39,813 nt of DNA, from the NCBI GenBank assembly GCA_964501035.1, contig CAZCRK010000008.1, positions 1 through 39,813 of the forward strand, written 5' to 3'. The notes under the pieces were generated by a model. That model ran no database searches, was not told the DNA's origin, and saw only the letters and a list, made by a program, of their open reading frames with translations. Shown here one piece after another: positions 20,898 to 30,037 of the stretch; within the stretch, counting starts at the first letter, position 1, and every line of letters starts with the position of its first letter. Position numbers and translations under genes: made by a program.

Positions 20898-21534
20898 GCA
20901 TCAATTCCTTATACCTTTTGGATACATCGTTAGCTCCATATAAAGCAGACCCTACAATAGTTACATCAATGCCAGTCTCATAAACTTGACGAATTGTAGA
21001 TAAATTAACTCCACCATCTACACCTATGATAAGGTTATAGTTTTCTTTAAATTTTGCACATGTTTTCATAGTATCCAGTGTGGACTCAATAAATGACTGA
21101 CCTCCAAAACCAGGGAATACTGACATAATTAGAATATAATTTAAATATTGCAGATATGGTTCTATTTTATCTGCTGAAGTGTCTGGATTTATTGCAATTC
21201 CAGCTTTTACCCCCCTACTTCTTATATGTTTTAAGTCTGAAATTGGATCATGTGATGCTTCGAAGTGGATTATCACTGTGTCTGAGCCAGCATTTATATA
21301 ATCATCTAAATACTTGTGTGGATTTTCTATCATTAAATGCGTTTCCAAATGACATTCTGTTATTTTTCGAATTGCATCAATAATAAAAGGACCAAAAGTT
21401 AAGTTTGGTACAAAATGTGCATCCATAACATCTAAATGCAATCTATTTACACCGCATTGCTCAACTCTTTGAATTTCACTGGTTAGTTTTGCAAAATTAG
21501 CTGATAAAAGTGATGGAGAAATTACTCTTTTCAT
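20890..21534 (-). CDS. rpe: Ribulose-phosphate 3-epimerase
   Basis: SPSLLSA, HLDVMDAHFVPNLTFG, MSVFPGFGGQSF, VDGGVN. Confidence 0.97.
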   Translation of the reverse strand: MKRVISPSLLSANFAKLTSEIQRVEQCGVNRLHLDVMDAHFVPNLTFGPFIIDAIRKITECHLETHLMIENPHKYLDDYINAGSDTVIIHFEASHDPISDLKHIRSRGVKAGIAINPDTSADKIEPYLQYLNYILIMSVFPGFGGQSFIESTLDTMKTCAKFKENYNLIIGVDGGVNLSTIRQVYETGIDVTIVGSALYGANDVSKRYKELMHV

Positions 21535-21536
21535 TA

Positions 21537-22265
21537 TTAATCCTTATCTTTACTAATAATAAGGTCAATTGAAGCTGGAAAAGATACTTTCATTCCTGCA
21601 GTCATACCTTGCTCAATTACAGTATTATTTAGCAAATCTGGTTGATATTCAAATTCTACTTTTCCTAGCCGAAGTCCATTTGCAAAAATAGTTGTCTTTG
21701 CTTTTGGTAAACTAAGATTTACCAAATCAGGAACCGTATAGTAGTCTGGCGGACTACCTTTGCTAACACCTAATGTAATTTTCGCGCCAGTTTTTACTAA
21801 ATGTCCTTTTCTTGGCAACTGAAATGTAATGTGGTTTTCTTTTACCGTCGAACTATACTCATAAATTAGAGTATCTATATTTAAACCATTGCTTCTAATT
21901 TCCAATTTAGCATTTCGCAAACTTGTAGAAACTAAATCGGGAATCAGTAAGGATTTTTTATGACCTGCAATAGTAAGTTGAATTTTCCGCCCATCCTTAA
22001 CCTTGGTAAATGCACGAGGAGACATTTGAATTACAGTGCCTGGAGTATTTTCAACAGAATATCCTATGGTTATAATCTCAACATTAAATCCAAGAGAGTT
22101 TAGTTCATAACTTGCACTATCTAAATAATGTCCTCTTACATCCGGTAAATAATGCTCATTATCATAACCTACGTACATTGGTAAAACAATATAATCGAAA
22201 AGGAAAATTCCAAAGACTATGAATGTTAAAAATGAAATAGAATATTTTAAAATATATCTAATCAT
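21537..22265 (-). CDS. Membrane-anchored protein with three PASTA domains (no kinase domain)
   Basis: N-terminal TM, then three repeats starting LPDVRG / IPDLVS / VPDLVN with VI.Q.P-type elements. Confidence 0.88.
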   Translation of the reverse strand: MIRYILKYSISFLTFIVFGIFLFDYIVLPMYVGYDNEHYLPDVRGHYLDSASYELNSLGFNVEIITIGYSVENTPGTVIQMSPRAFTKVKDGRKIQLTIAGHKKSLLIPDLVSTSLRNAKLEIRSNGLNIDTLIYEYSSTVKENHITFQLPRKGHLVKTGAKITLGVSKGSPPDYYTVPDLVNLSLPKAKTTIFANGLRLGKVEFEYQPDLLNNTVIEQGMTAGMKVSFPASIDLIISKDKD

Positions 22266-23595
22266 CTTTCTGAAGTCTTATCGCGAAACCTCCATCAATT
22301 GCATGTTTTGGTGGGAAAGTTAGAAGCGCACCATTTTTGTTCACATATTCTGATGGAACGTATTTACTTGCATCATCTATTTTGAAATTTGGATGTGAAT
22401 TTAGAAATGCATCAATTACCATCCAATTTTCTTCTGGTTCTAACGAGCATGTATTGTACACAATTACGCCACCCGGTTTCACAAAAGTTGAAGCATGCCA
22501 TAATAATTTTCGTTGAATCAAATACATCTCTAAAATATTATCCATTGTACGCCTCCAGCGCAAATCTGCTCTCTTTGCCATAATACCTGTGCCGCTGCAA
22601 GGTACATCAAGTAAAATCTTAGATACTTTTGGTAAATCAATTTTAGTTGTATCTTTCTGAAGAATTTCTACATTGGTTGCACCTATTCGCTTTAAACCAT
22701 TTATTAATCTATATATTCTCTCAGAACTAATATCAAACGCATGAATATTTCCTGTGTTACTCATTAACTCTGAAATATAAGAAGTTTTTCCACCTGGAGC
22801 AGCACATGCATCAACAATAGTTTCATTTGGTTGCGGATCAAGAAGCTTCACTACCAATCCACCTGCTGGATCTTGAACACTTAACTTACCGTCTTTAAAC
22901 AAATCGCTACTTAAAACTTTAAATCGTTTTTTTGTTTTGAAAAATTCCGGAAGAACTTCATGTTGCTCAAAGCCAAATTCATTTTCTTCTAAGTAATTTT
23001 TAAATTCTTCTTCAGTGCATTTTTCTTTATTTACTCTAAACCATAACTTGGGTCGTTTATTGTTCCAAGTTGCTAAGGCATATGCGTCTTCAAAACCCCA
23101 TTCATTAATCCATTTACTCATTAACCATTCTGGATGACTTAAGCAACTTGCAACTGTCGGTAATGGTGTATGTTCATCTGGTTCAGGCAATTCATCTAAA
23201 GTAAGTAATGTTCGAAGTAAAGCATTTGTTAGCCCTCCTAAATTATCATGTACTTTTTTTGCTAAATGTACGGTTGTGGATACGGCTGCATAATCTGGAA
23301 CGCTATTAAGATATCTAATCTGATAGACACCCATTCGTAATAGGTATTTGAAATCTTCTCTTAAATCATCCATATCACCTTTAAAAACTTTACTGATTTC
23401 CCAGTCTAGTTTACCTTGCATTCGGACAGTACCTTGTACAATTTCAGTAATAAATCTTCTATCATATTCATTAACATTAGCATGTTTAAGTATTTCAGCC
23501 ATAACATCATTCAATCGTCTATCATGTGATTTGGCTTTTTTCATAGTTTCCCATGCCAATCTTCGAGTCTTTAATTCATTTTTTTTGAAACTCAT
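22258..23595 (-). CDS. rsmB: 16S rRNA m5C967 methyltransferase RsmB/Sun
   Basis: NusB-like N-terminus, SHPEW, VQD, DACAAPGGKT, LLDVPCSGTG, TCSLEPEEN. Confidence 0.93.
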   Translation of the reverse strand: MSFKKNELKTRRLAWETMKKAKSHDRRLNDVMAEILKHANVNEYDRRFITEIVQGTVRMQGKLDWEISKVFKGDMDDLREDFKYLLRMGVYQIRYLNSVPDYAAVSTTVHLAKKVHDNLGGLTNALLRTLLTLDELPEPDEHTPLPTVASCLSHPEWLMSKWINEWGFEDAYALATWNNKRPKLWFRVNKEKCTEEEFKNYLEENEFGFEQHEVLPEFFKTKKRFKVLSSDLFKDGKLSVQDPAGGLVVKLLDPQPNETIVDACAAPGGKTSYISELMSNTGNIHAFDISSERIYRLINGLKRIGATNVEILQKDTTKIDLPKVSKILLDVPCSGTGIMAKRADLRWRRTMDNILEMYLIQRKLLWHASTFVKPGGVIVYNTCSLEPEENWMVIDAFLNSHPNFKIDDASKYVPSEYVNKNGALLTFPPKHAIDGGFAIRLQKDD

Positions 23596-24508
23596 TAATA
23601 ATCTCCCTGTTTTGTTCTGTGCTGTATTGAGTTACTTTAGATCTCTTTTTTCCTTCAAGTTGTACTTCATTAATCTTTAAAACACCATGTTTTGTTCCTG
23701 CATAAATAGCGTCTTTGGATTTAAAATACTGAAATGGGACTAACGGTATTTCAAAGTAATCTAATACTTCAGTGTTATAACATTTTAGTCTTTTATTATT
23801 CAAAATAGTATAGGCACCTGGTCTTGGAGAAAATGCTCTTATTTGATTGTGTATTTCAACAGCAGTTTTATTCCAATCTATCAAAAAATCTTCTTTTTTA
23901 AGTTTTGGAGCTTGAGATGATTTTGTTAAATCTTGTGGTTTTGACAATAAAGTACCGTTTTCCAGCCCATTTACAGTTTTCAAAACTAGGTCAGCGCCTT
24001 TTTCTGCCATAACTTCCCATAAATCACCTGTAGTATCATTTGGTTTTATATCTATTTTAGATTGTAGTAATATTTCACCAGTATCGACAATTTTGTTTAT
24101 CTTAAACGTTGTTAAACCTGTTTCAGTTTCTCCATTTAATATTGCATGATGTATTGGGGCTGCACCCTGATATTTTGGTAATAATGAACCATGTAAATTT
24201 ATAGTTCCTAGTTTTGGAATGTTAAATATAATACTTGGCAATATCCTAAACGCAACCACTACAAACAAATCTGCATTTAACTCTTTAAGTTTATGGTTTA
24301 AACTTTCATTTTTTAAGCGGCTGACCTCAATAACTGGAATTTTAAATTCACGTGCTTTAACTTTTACCTCGGTTGGAAGTAGCTTACGCCCCCTACCAAA
24401 TGGTTTATCAATATTTGTGACAACAGAAACTACTTCATGATGTGAGTTAACTAATGAAGTTAGGGATGGGTTGGCAAAATCTGGACTTCCAAAAAATACT
24501 ATTTTCAT
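23576..24508 (-). CDS. fmt: Methionyl-tRNA formyltransferase
   Basis: MKIVFFGSPDFA, INLHGSLLPKYQGAAPI, DTGEI, IRAFSPRPGA. Confidence 0.97.
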   Translation of the reverse strand: MKIVFFGSPDFANPSLTSLVNSHHEVVSVVTNIDKPFGRGRKLLPTEVKVKAREFKIPVIEVSRLKNESLNHKLKELNADLFVVVAFRILPSIIFNIPKLGTINLHGSLLPKYQGAAPIHHAILNGETETGLTTFKINKIVDTGEILLQSKIDIKPNDTTGDLWEVMAEKGADLVLKTVNGLENGTLLSKPQDLTKSSQAPKLKKEDFLIDWNKTAVEIHNQIRAFSPRPGAYTILNNKRLKCYNTEVLDYFEIPLVPFQYFKSKDAIYAGTKHGVLKINEVQLEGKKRSKVTQYSTEQNREIINEFQKK

Positions 24509-24554
24509 ATAATATTCTGCATAAAATAACTAAATGTAAATGTTCGTTTATTAA

Positions 24555-25091
24555 CTATAAAACAATGCCAGATGAAGGTTTACCTGTTTTAACAATTTCT
24601 TGTAATTTTTTCTTTAAAAGCATTTTTTTACTTGGTGGTAAGTAATCTATAAACATTTTGCCATGCAAATGATCTATCTCATGTAATAGAACACGCGCAG
24701 TTATACCATCAAATTCTTCTTTAAATCTGTTTTGTTCTAAATCTAAAAATTCCAAAAGGATTTTTTCTGGCCTTTCTATTTCTGCACGAATTTCAGGTAC
24801 ACTTAAGCACCCTTCTTCAATAAAGACAGAACCAGTAGTTTCTAAAATTTTACAATTAATAAAGTATCTTGGAGTTGGTTCTGCGGATTCTTCTTCATAA
24901 TTACCAATATCCAATGTAATAATATTTAAATTTTCACCAATTTGATTTGCTGCTAACCCAATTCCTCTCGCTTCGTACATTGTATCAAACATATGTGGAA
25001 TCAACTGCTTAGCTTGTGAAAAATCATCTACTAATTCAACTTTGTTTCTAAGAATTGAACTTCCATATTTTTTGATATCAAGAATTGCCAT
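24555..25091 (-). CDS. def: Peptide deformylase
   Basis: GIGLAANQIG, EGCLS, HEIDHL. Confidence 0.97.
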   Translation of the reverse strand: MAILDIKKYGSSILRNKVELVDDFSQAKQLIPHMFDTMYEARGIGLAANQIGENLNIITLDIGNYEEESAEPTPRYFINCKILETTGSVFIEEGCLSVPEIRAEIERPEKILLEFLDLEQNRFKEEFDGITARVLLHEIDHLHGKMFIDYLPPSKKMLLKKKLQEIVKTGKPSSGIVL

Positions 25092-25432
25092 TATTTCTCA
25101 GTAGGATGATCTTCTTCTTTAGGGTTTGAAATTCCACTTATGAAGGAACGTGCAACATTTAGTTTATTCCCACCACCAACATCAATTACAACTTTCGAAT
25201 CATTTTGTCCTTGAAAACTTACTATTTTGCCGTATACCCCACCACGGGTAATAATTTTATCACCTTTTTTTAATCCACCAAGCATATTTGTATGTTTTTT
25301 CTGTTGTTTTACTTGAGGTCTTATAATCATAAAATAAATGATTAAAAACATTAATAAAAACATCGGTAAAACTCCAAGAGATTGCAAAATACCACCTTGT
25401 GCTGTTTCTGATTGTGCAAACAAAAATTCCAT
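25091..25432 (-). CDS. yajC: Preprotein translocase subunit YajC
   Basis: YFMIIRPQ.KQQK, LKKGDKIITRGGVYGKI. Confidence 0.95.
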   Translation of the reverse strand: MEFLFAQSETAQGGILQSLGVLPMFLLMFLIIYFMIIRPQVKQQKKHTNMLGGLKKGDKIITRGGVYGKIVSFQGQNDSKVVIDVGGGNKLNVARSFISGISNPKEEDHPTEK

Positions 25433-25511
25433 TAAAATCCTTTATTTTAGTTAATATTCTATTGGAACAACTTGTATAATTTAGTAATTATAGTTGTAAA
25501 CTTCCCCTACT

Positions 25512-26660
25512 ATGTTTTCATTATTTTTAACATGCCCCCGTGGGTTAGAAGAAGTTTGTTCTCAGGAACTTTTATCCATTGGGATACAGAATCCAATTAT
25601 TAAGCCAGGCGGACTTTCTTTTTCAGGTAATTTTGTTACAATGGCTAAGGTTAACCTGTATTCTAGAACTGGAATGCATTTGCTTGTTGAACAATTTGCA
25701 TTTAAATATGAAAATGAGAAACAATTTTATTCAGCAATTCGACAATTTAAATGGTTTAAATTTATCTCACCCAAAAATACCTTCTCTATTCTTTGTCATA
25801 CACATCCTAAATGCGCCAAAATAAATTCACAATTTTTAACTTTAAAAGCCAAGGATGCAATCGTTGACAATATAAGAGAACAACGTCAACTGAGACCAAG
25901 TGTAAGTAAAACTATGCCAGACTATCCTATAACAATTGCAATAGATGCTTTGTATAATGTGCGTGTCTATTTAAACAGTTCAGGAGCACCATTAAATAGA
26001 AGAGGTTATAGAACTAAAATCCATAAAGCATCCTTAAATGAAGCATTGGCTGCTGGAATTATTTTGCTAAGTGGATGGAAAAAGGATCAAACTCTGTATG
26101 ACCCAATGTGTGGGTCAGGTACATTACCAATCGAAGCAGCCATGATTGCACGAAAAATACCCCCTGGCATTCAACGTAAATTTGCTTTTATGAAGTGGCA
26201 AAATTTTAAAGAGAACGAATGGATTACAATATTATCACAAGCAAAAGAAAATATTGATAGAAACTGTACATTAAAAATTCATGGATCAGACATTCACCAA
26301 ACAAATATACGTTTGTCTAGGCATAATTCTATTCGAGCCAGTGTTAACAAGGATATTGACTTTTCTGTCAAGGATTTTATTGGATTAAACCATATATTAA
26401 AACCTGGCATTTTAGTTTGCAATCCACCATACGGGTTGCGTTTAGATAAAAATTTAGATATTGACAATCTATATAAAAACATGGGAGATGAATTAAAACA
26501 ACATTACACTAACTGGGAAGCATATATTTTTACTGCAAACTTAAAAGCTGCTAAACGGTTTGGGTTAAAAACTGCATCAAGAATACCATTAAAAAATGGA
26601 ACTTTAGATTCAAGATTATTAAAATTCAACATGTACAAAGGGTCAAAAGATGCTACATAA
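25512..26660 (+). CDS. THUMP-domain RNA methyltransferase (RlmL-like, UPF0020)
   Basis: GLEE, SSG..LNRRGYR, A.LNEALAA, DPMCGSGTLPIEAA, NPPYG. Confidence 0.9.
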   Translation: MFSLFLTCPRGLEEVCSQELLSIGIQNPIIKPGGLSFSGNFVTMAKVNLYSRTGMHLLVEQFAFKYENEKQFYSAIRQFKWFKFISPKNTFSILCHTHPKCAKINSQFLTLKAKDAIVDNIREQRQLRPSVSKTMPDYPITIAIDALYNVRVYLNSSGAPLNRRGYRTKIHKASLNEALAAGIILLSGWKKDQTLYDPMCGSGTLPIEAAMIARKIPPGIQRKFAFMKWQNFKENEWITILSQAKENIDRNCTLKIHGSDIHQTNIRLSRHNSIRASVNKDIDFSVKDFIGLNHILKPGILVCNPPYGLRLDKNLDIDNLYKNMGDELKQHYTNWEAYIFTANLKAAKRFGLKTASRIPLKNGTLDSRLLKFNMYKGSKDAT

Positions 26661-27642
26661 ACTTTTCACCCCTTTTTCAATTGGGGATTTAAAAATTGAT
26701 AATCCTGTTTTTTTGGCACCCATGGCTGGAATCACAGATTACCCATACCGTAAAATTTGTAGAGAAATGGGTGCTGGATTAATGTATACAGAGTTTGTAA
26801 GTTCTAATGGAATCGTAAGAGGAAGTGAGAAATCAATTGAATTAGTTAAAATAAGTGATGATGAACGACCAATCGGGATTCAAGTATTTGGTGAAATACC
26901 ATCTATTGTTGCTGACTCAGCACAAATTTTAGTGGGAAAGTATAGTCCAGATTTGATTGATATAAACTATGGTTGCCCTGTACCCAAAGTAACAAAGCGT
27001 GGTGCAGGTTCTGGTATTTTGAAAAATTTAAAACTAATGGAAGAAATGACAAAAGCAGTTGTTGATGCTGTTGATGTTCCAGTAACTGTTAAGATGAGAG
27101 CAGGTTGGGATATGAATAATATTGTTTCTACTGATATTGGACCTATGTTAGAAAGTTGCGGTGTAAAAGCAATTACACTGCACCCAAGAACAACTAGCCA
27201 AAAATTTACTGGGCGTTCGAATTGGAAATTGATAAGAGAATTAAAAAAAACAATTTCAATCCCAGTTGTTGGAAATGGTGATGTGCAATCCAGTACTGAT
27301 TTTTTTGAAATGAAAAATGAAACAAACTGTGATGCAATTATGATAGGAAGAGCATCTCTAGGAAATCCTTGGATATTTAAAGAAATTTCACGCGCTCTAA
27401 ACAACTTGCCACAGCAAGCACCAACATTAAAAGAACGTGCATTAATGTGTCAGGAGCACTTTGAATTATTATGTAATGAAAAACCCGAAAGGGTTGCTAT
27501 AAATTTATCTAAAAAGCATTTTAGTCATTATTTAAAAGGTTTTTCAGGAGCTTCTACCTGGAGAAAGAAATTTATGGAGTCGAATGATTTAACTGCTTTT
27601 AAATCTGAATTAACTAAATTGATTAAAAGTTATAACGTTTAG
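26650..27642 (+). CDS. dusB: tRNA-dihydrouridine synthase DusB
   Basis: LAPMAGITD, DINYGCP, PVTVKMR, HPRT, GNGDV, MIGRA..GNPWIF. Confidence 0.93.
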   Translation: MLHKLFTPFSIGDLKIDNPVFLAPMAGITDYPYRKICREMGAGLMYTEFVSSNGIVRGSEKSIELVKISDDERPIGIQVFGEIPSIVADSAQILVGKYSPDLIDINYGCPVPKVTKRGAGSGILKNLKLMEEMTKAVVDAVDVPVTVKMRAGWDMNNIVSTDIGPMLESCGVKAITLHPRTTSQKFTGRSNWKLIRELKKTISIPVVGNGDVQSSTDFFEMKNETNCDAIMIGRASLGNPWIFKEISRALNNLPQQAPTLKERALMCQEHFELLCNEKPERVAINLSKKHFSHYLKGFSGASTWRKKFMESNDLTAFKSELTKLIKSYNV

Positions 27643-29816
27643 ATGAATTTTCCTTCGCTGAGAATTTTTTCAAATTCAACTGCTTCAACAGGGTGGCTAA
27701 CTAAAAATCCTTGAATTTTATCACAGGCATTTGTTTTCAAAAAGGAAACTTGTTCCTGTGTTTCTACTCCTTCGGCTATAACATTTAAGCCCAAATTATG
27801 CCCTAAGTCGATAACCAAATTTGCAATAGTAGCGTCGCTTTCATTATTGGTCAAGTCTGTTATAAATGCTTTGTCAATTTTAAGCGTATCAATAGGAAAC
27901 TGTCTAAGGTAGCTTAATGAAGAGTAGCCAGTTCCAAAATCATCAATAGATAATTGTATTCCCATATTTTTAAACTCTTTCAAAACTTGGATAGTCCGTT
28001 TGGCATTTTCCATGATAATGCTCTCAGTAAGCTCAAGTTCTAAATATTTTGGTTCTAATCCACTAGTTTCAAGTGCATTCTGAACAATATGTATAATATT
28101 CTTTTGAGCAAATTGTTTAGCAGATAAATTGACAGCTGCACATATCTTTGGGTGACCATTTTCCTGCCACTGTTTAGTTTGTTTGCATACCTCATTTAGA
28201 ATCCACTCCCCGAGGGGTAAAATTAAATTTGTTTCTTCAGCTAATGGAATAAAGCGCATCGGAGCAACAATTCCATCAGCAGGACTATTCCATCTCACTA
28301 GTGCTTCAAAGCCAATTATATTATTACTTATAAGTTCAACTTGAGGTTGGTAGTGTAAAACAAATTCGTTTTTTTCAATTGCGTTCATTAAACCATTTTC
28401 TAAGGAAAGTCGTTCGATGACTTCAGCATTCATTTTTGGCCTGAATAAACAATAACAATTTTTACCACTTTCTTTAGCTCGATACATGGCAGTGTCTGCA
28501 TTTTTAATAAGTGTTTGAGCATCTGTTCCATCATGTGGAAACAAAGAAATACCTATACTAGCTGTGATTCGTAATGGTTTACCTTCAATTACAATTTCAC
28601 TTAACTCATCATTTAAAATACGTTTAGCCAATTTAAATGAATCTTCAACTGATCTAATTTGTGAAAGTAAAATTGTAAACTCATCACCTCCCCATCTTGC
28701 AACTGTGTCACTCTTACGCAAACATTTTTTCAAACGAATTGCTACTTCTTTGATTAATAAATCTCCTGCTGTGTGCCCCATTGAGTCATTTACATATTTA
28801 AAATTATCTAAATCAATAAACATAACAGCCATGATTTGATTTAACCGTGTAGCTTGAGTGATTGCCATTTCTAACCTATCATTAAACAAAACTTTATTTG
28901 TTAATCCAGAAAGTTGGTCATGAAATGCTTGGTGTTGTATTTTTAACTCATCTTGTTTGCGTTTTATTGCAATTGCAATTTGATCAGAAACATATTGTAA
29001 AATATTTTTTTCTTCTTCGCCAAATCGTACCGTATCATTATAACTTTGAACTGTTAGAACACCAATTATACCATTATCACTTGTTTTTAAGGGTACACCT
29101 AGCCAGTCAACAGATGGAGTCCCGTGGGGATCAATTTTGCCGGAGTCTTTTAACTCGTAATATTTTTCAGGATTTACTAAAATTGGTTTTTCAGTTTTTA
29201 AAACATATTCTGTCAATCCTCTTTTAAATGGTAGTTTTCCAGGTGGGTTATCTACTTCGTCAACAAAATATGGAAAACTTAATTTATTATTTTTCCAATC
29301 TACTAATGCAATATAAAAATTTCTTGTGTTTAGAACGTCAGACAAAATCTCATGAATTTGTTTATATAATTCATCTAAATCTTCTACAGCATGTGTTGCT
29401 TCTGAAATTTTATAAATACAAGATTTGACCAATTCATCACGTTTTTTTTCTGTAATATCCTGCCATAAACCAAAGGCACCAACAATCTTACCATCAGCAT
29501 TACGGTAAGGTGAAGCTGAAATTTGAACACATTTTTTAGAACCATTTTTGTGAAAAAGAATTAAATCATAGACAGATGATTTTCCATTTAACCTATACTC
29601 TTCCTCATCTTTTACAATTTGTAGATATTGTGGATGCACTAGCTCTTTAAAATTAATTTTTTGCAGTTCTGTTGGTGAATATCCTAATATTTTTGCAGCA
29701 GAAGCATTGACAAAAATAAAATTCTCTTCCAAATCAACAATTGTTAATCCTTCATGTAATTGTTCAACTACAATCTGCATTTCGTCGGTATTAAATGATA
29801 AATTATTCTTAAGCAT
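27639..29816 (-). CDS. PAS-GAF-GGDEF-EAL c-di-GMP signalling protein
   Basis: PAS (FVNASA..ILGY, LVHP), GAF (WLGVPL..IGVLTVQ), RKSD I-site plus GGDEF, FEALVRW, DDFGTGYSS, AEGVE, QGF. Confidence 0.95.
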   Translation of the reverse strand: MLKNNLSFNTDEMQIVVEQLHEGLTIVDLEENFIFVNASAAKILGYSPTELQKINFKELVHPQYLQIVKDEEEYRLNGKSSVYDLILFHKNGSKKCVQISASPYRNADGKIVGAFGLWQDITEKKRDELVKSCIYKISEATHAVEDLDELYKQIHEILSDVLNTRNFYIALVDWKNNKLSFPYFVDEVDNPPGKLPFKRGLTEYVLKTEKPILVNPEKYYELKDSGKIDPHGTPSVDWLGVPLKTSDNGIIGVLTVQSYNDTVRFGEEEKNILQYVSDQIAIAIKRKQDELKIQHQAFHDQLSGLTNKVLFNDRLEMAITQATRLNQIMAVMFIDLDNFKYVNDSMGHTAGDLLIKEVAIRLKKCLRKSDTVARWGGDEFTILLSQIRSVEDSFKLAKRILNDELSEIVIEGKPLRITASIGISLFPHDGTDAQTLIKNADTAMYRAKESGKNCYCLFRPKMNAEVIERLSLENGLMNAIEKNEFVLHYQPQVELISNNIIGFEALVRWNSPADGIVAPMRFIPLAEETNLILPLGEWILNEVCKQTKQWQENGHPKICAAVNLSAKQFAQKNIIHIVQNALETSGLEPKYLELELTESIIMENAKRTIQVLKEFKNMGIQLSIDDFGTGYSSLSYLRQFPIDTLKIDKAFITDLTNNESDATIANLVIDLGHNLGLNVIAEGVETQEQVSFLKTNACDKIQGFLVSHPVEAVEFEKILSEGKFI

Positions 29817-29916
29817 TATTGTCTAAAATATTTCTAGCAATTAAATTAAGAAGAATTTAGAGGAGTTTAAAAGACATTGTTTTAATATTTCAAATGACTG
29901 TTTTTATCATTAAATG

Positions 29917-29990
29917 TGGCGGCTCAGGGATTCGAACCCCGGACACCCGGATTATGATTCCGGTGCTCTAACCAACTGAGCTAAGCCGCC
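29917..29990 (-). tRNA. tRNA with anticodon CAT, most likely elongator tRNA-Met
   Basis: Reverse complement GGCGGCTTAGCTCAG...CCGGA-ATCATAA-TCCGG...TTCGAATCCCTGAGCCGCCA; paired 1-72 and no GGG/CCC anticodon stem, so not initiator; Ile2 not strictly excluded. Confidence 0.9.
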
Positions 29991-30037
29991 ACTAAATTAG
30001 CGGGAAAATTTAGTTTCTCCCTGCAATGTGAAACAAA

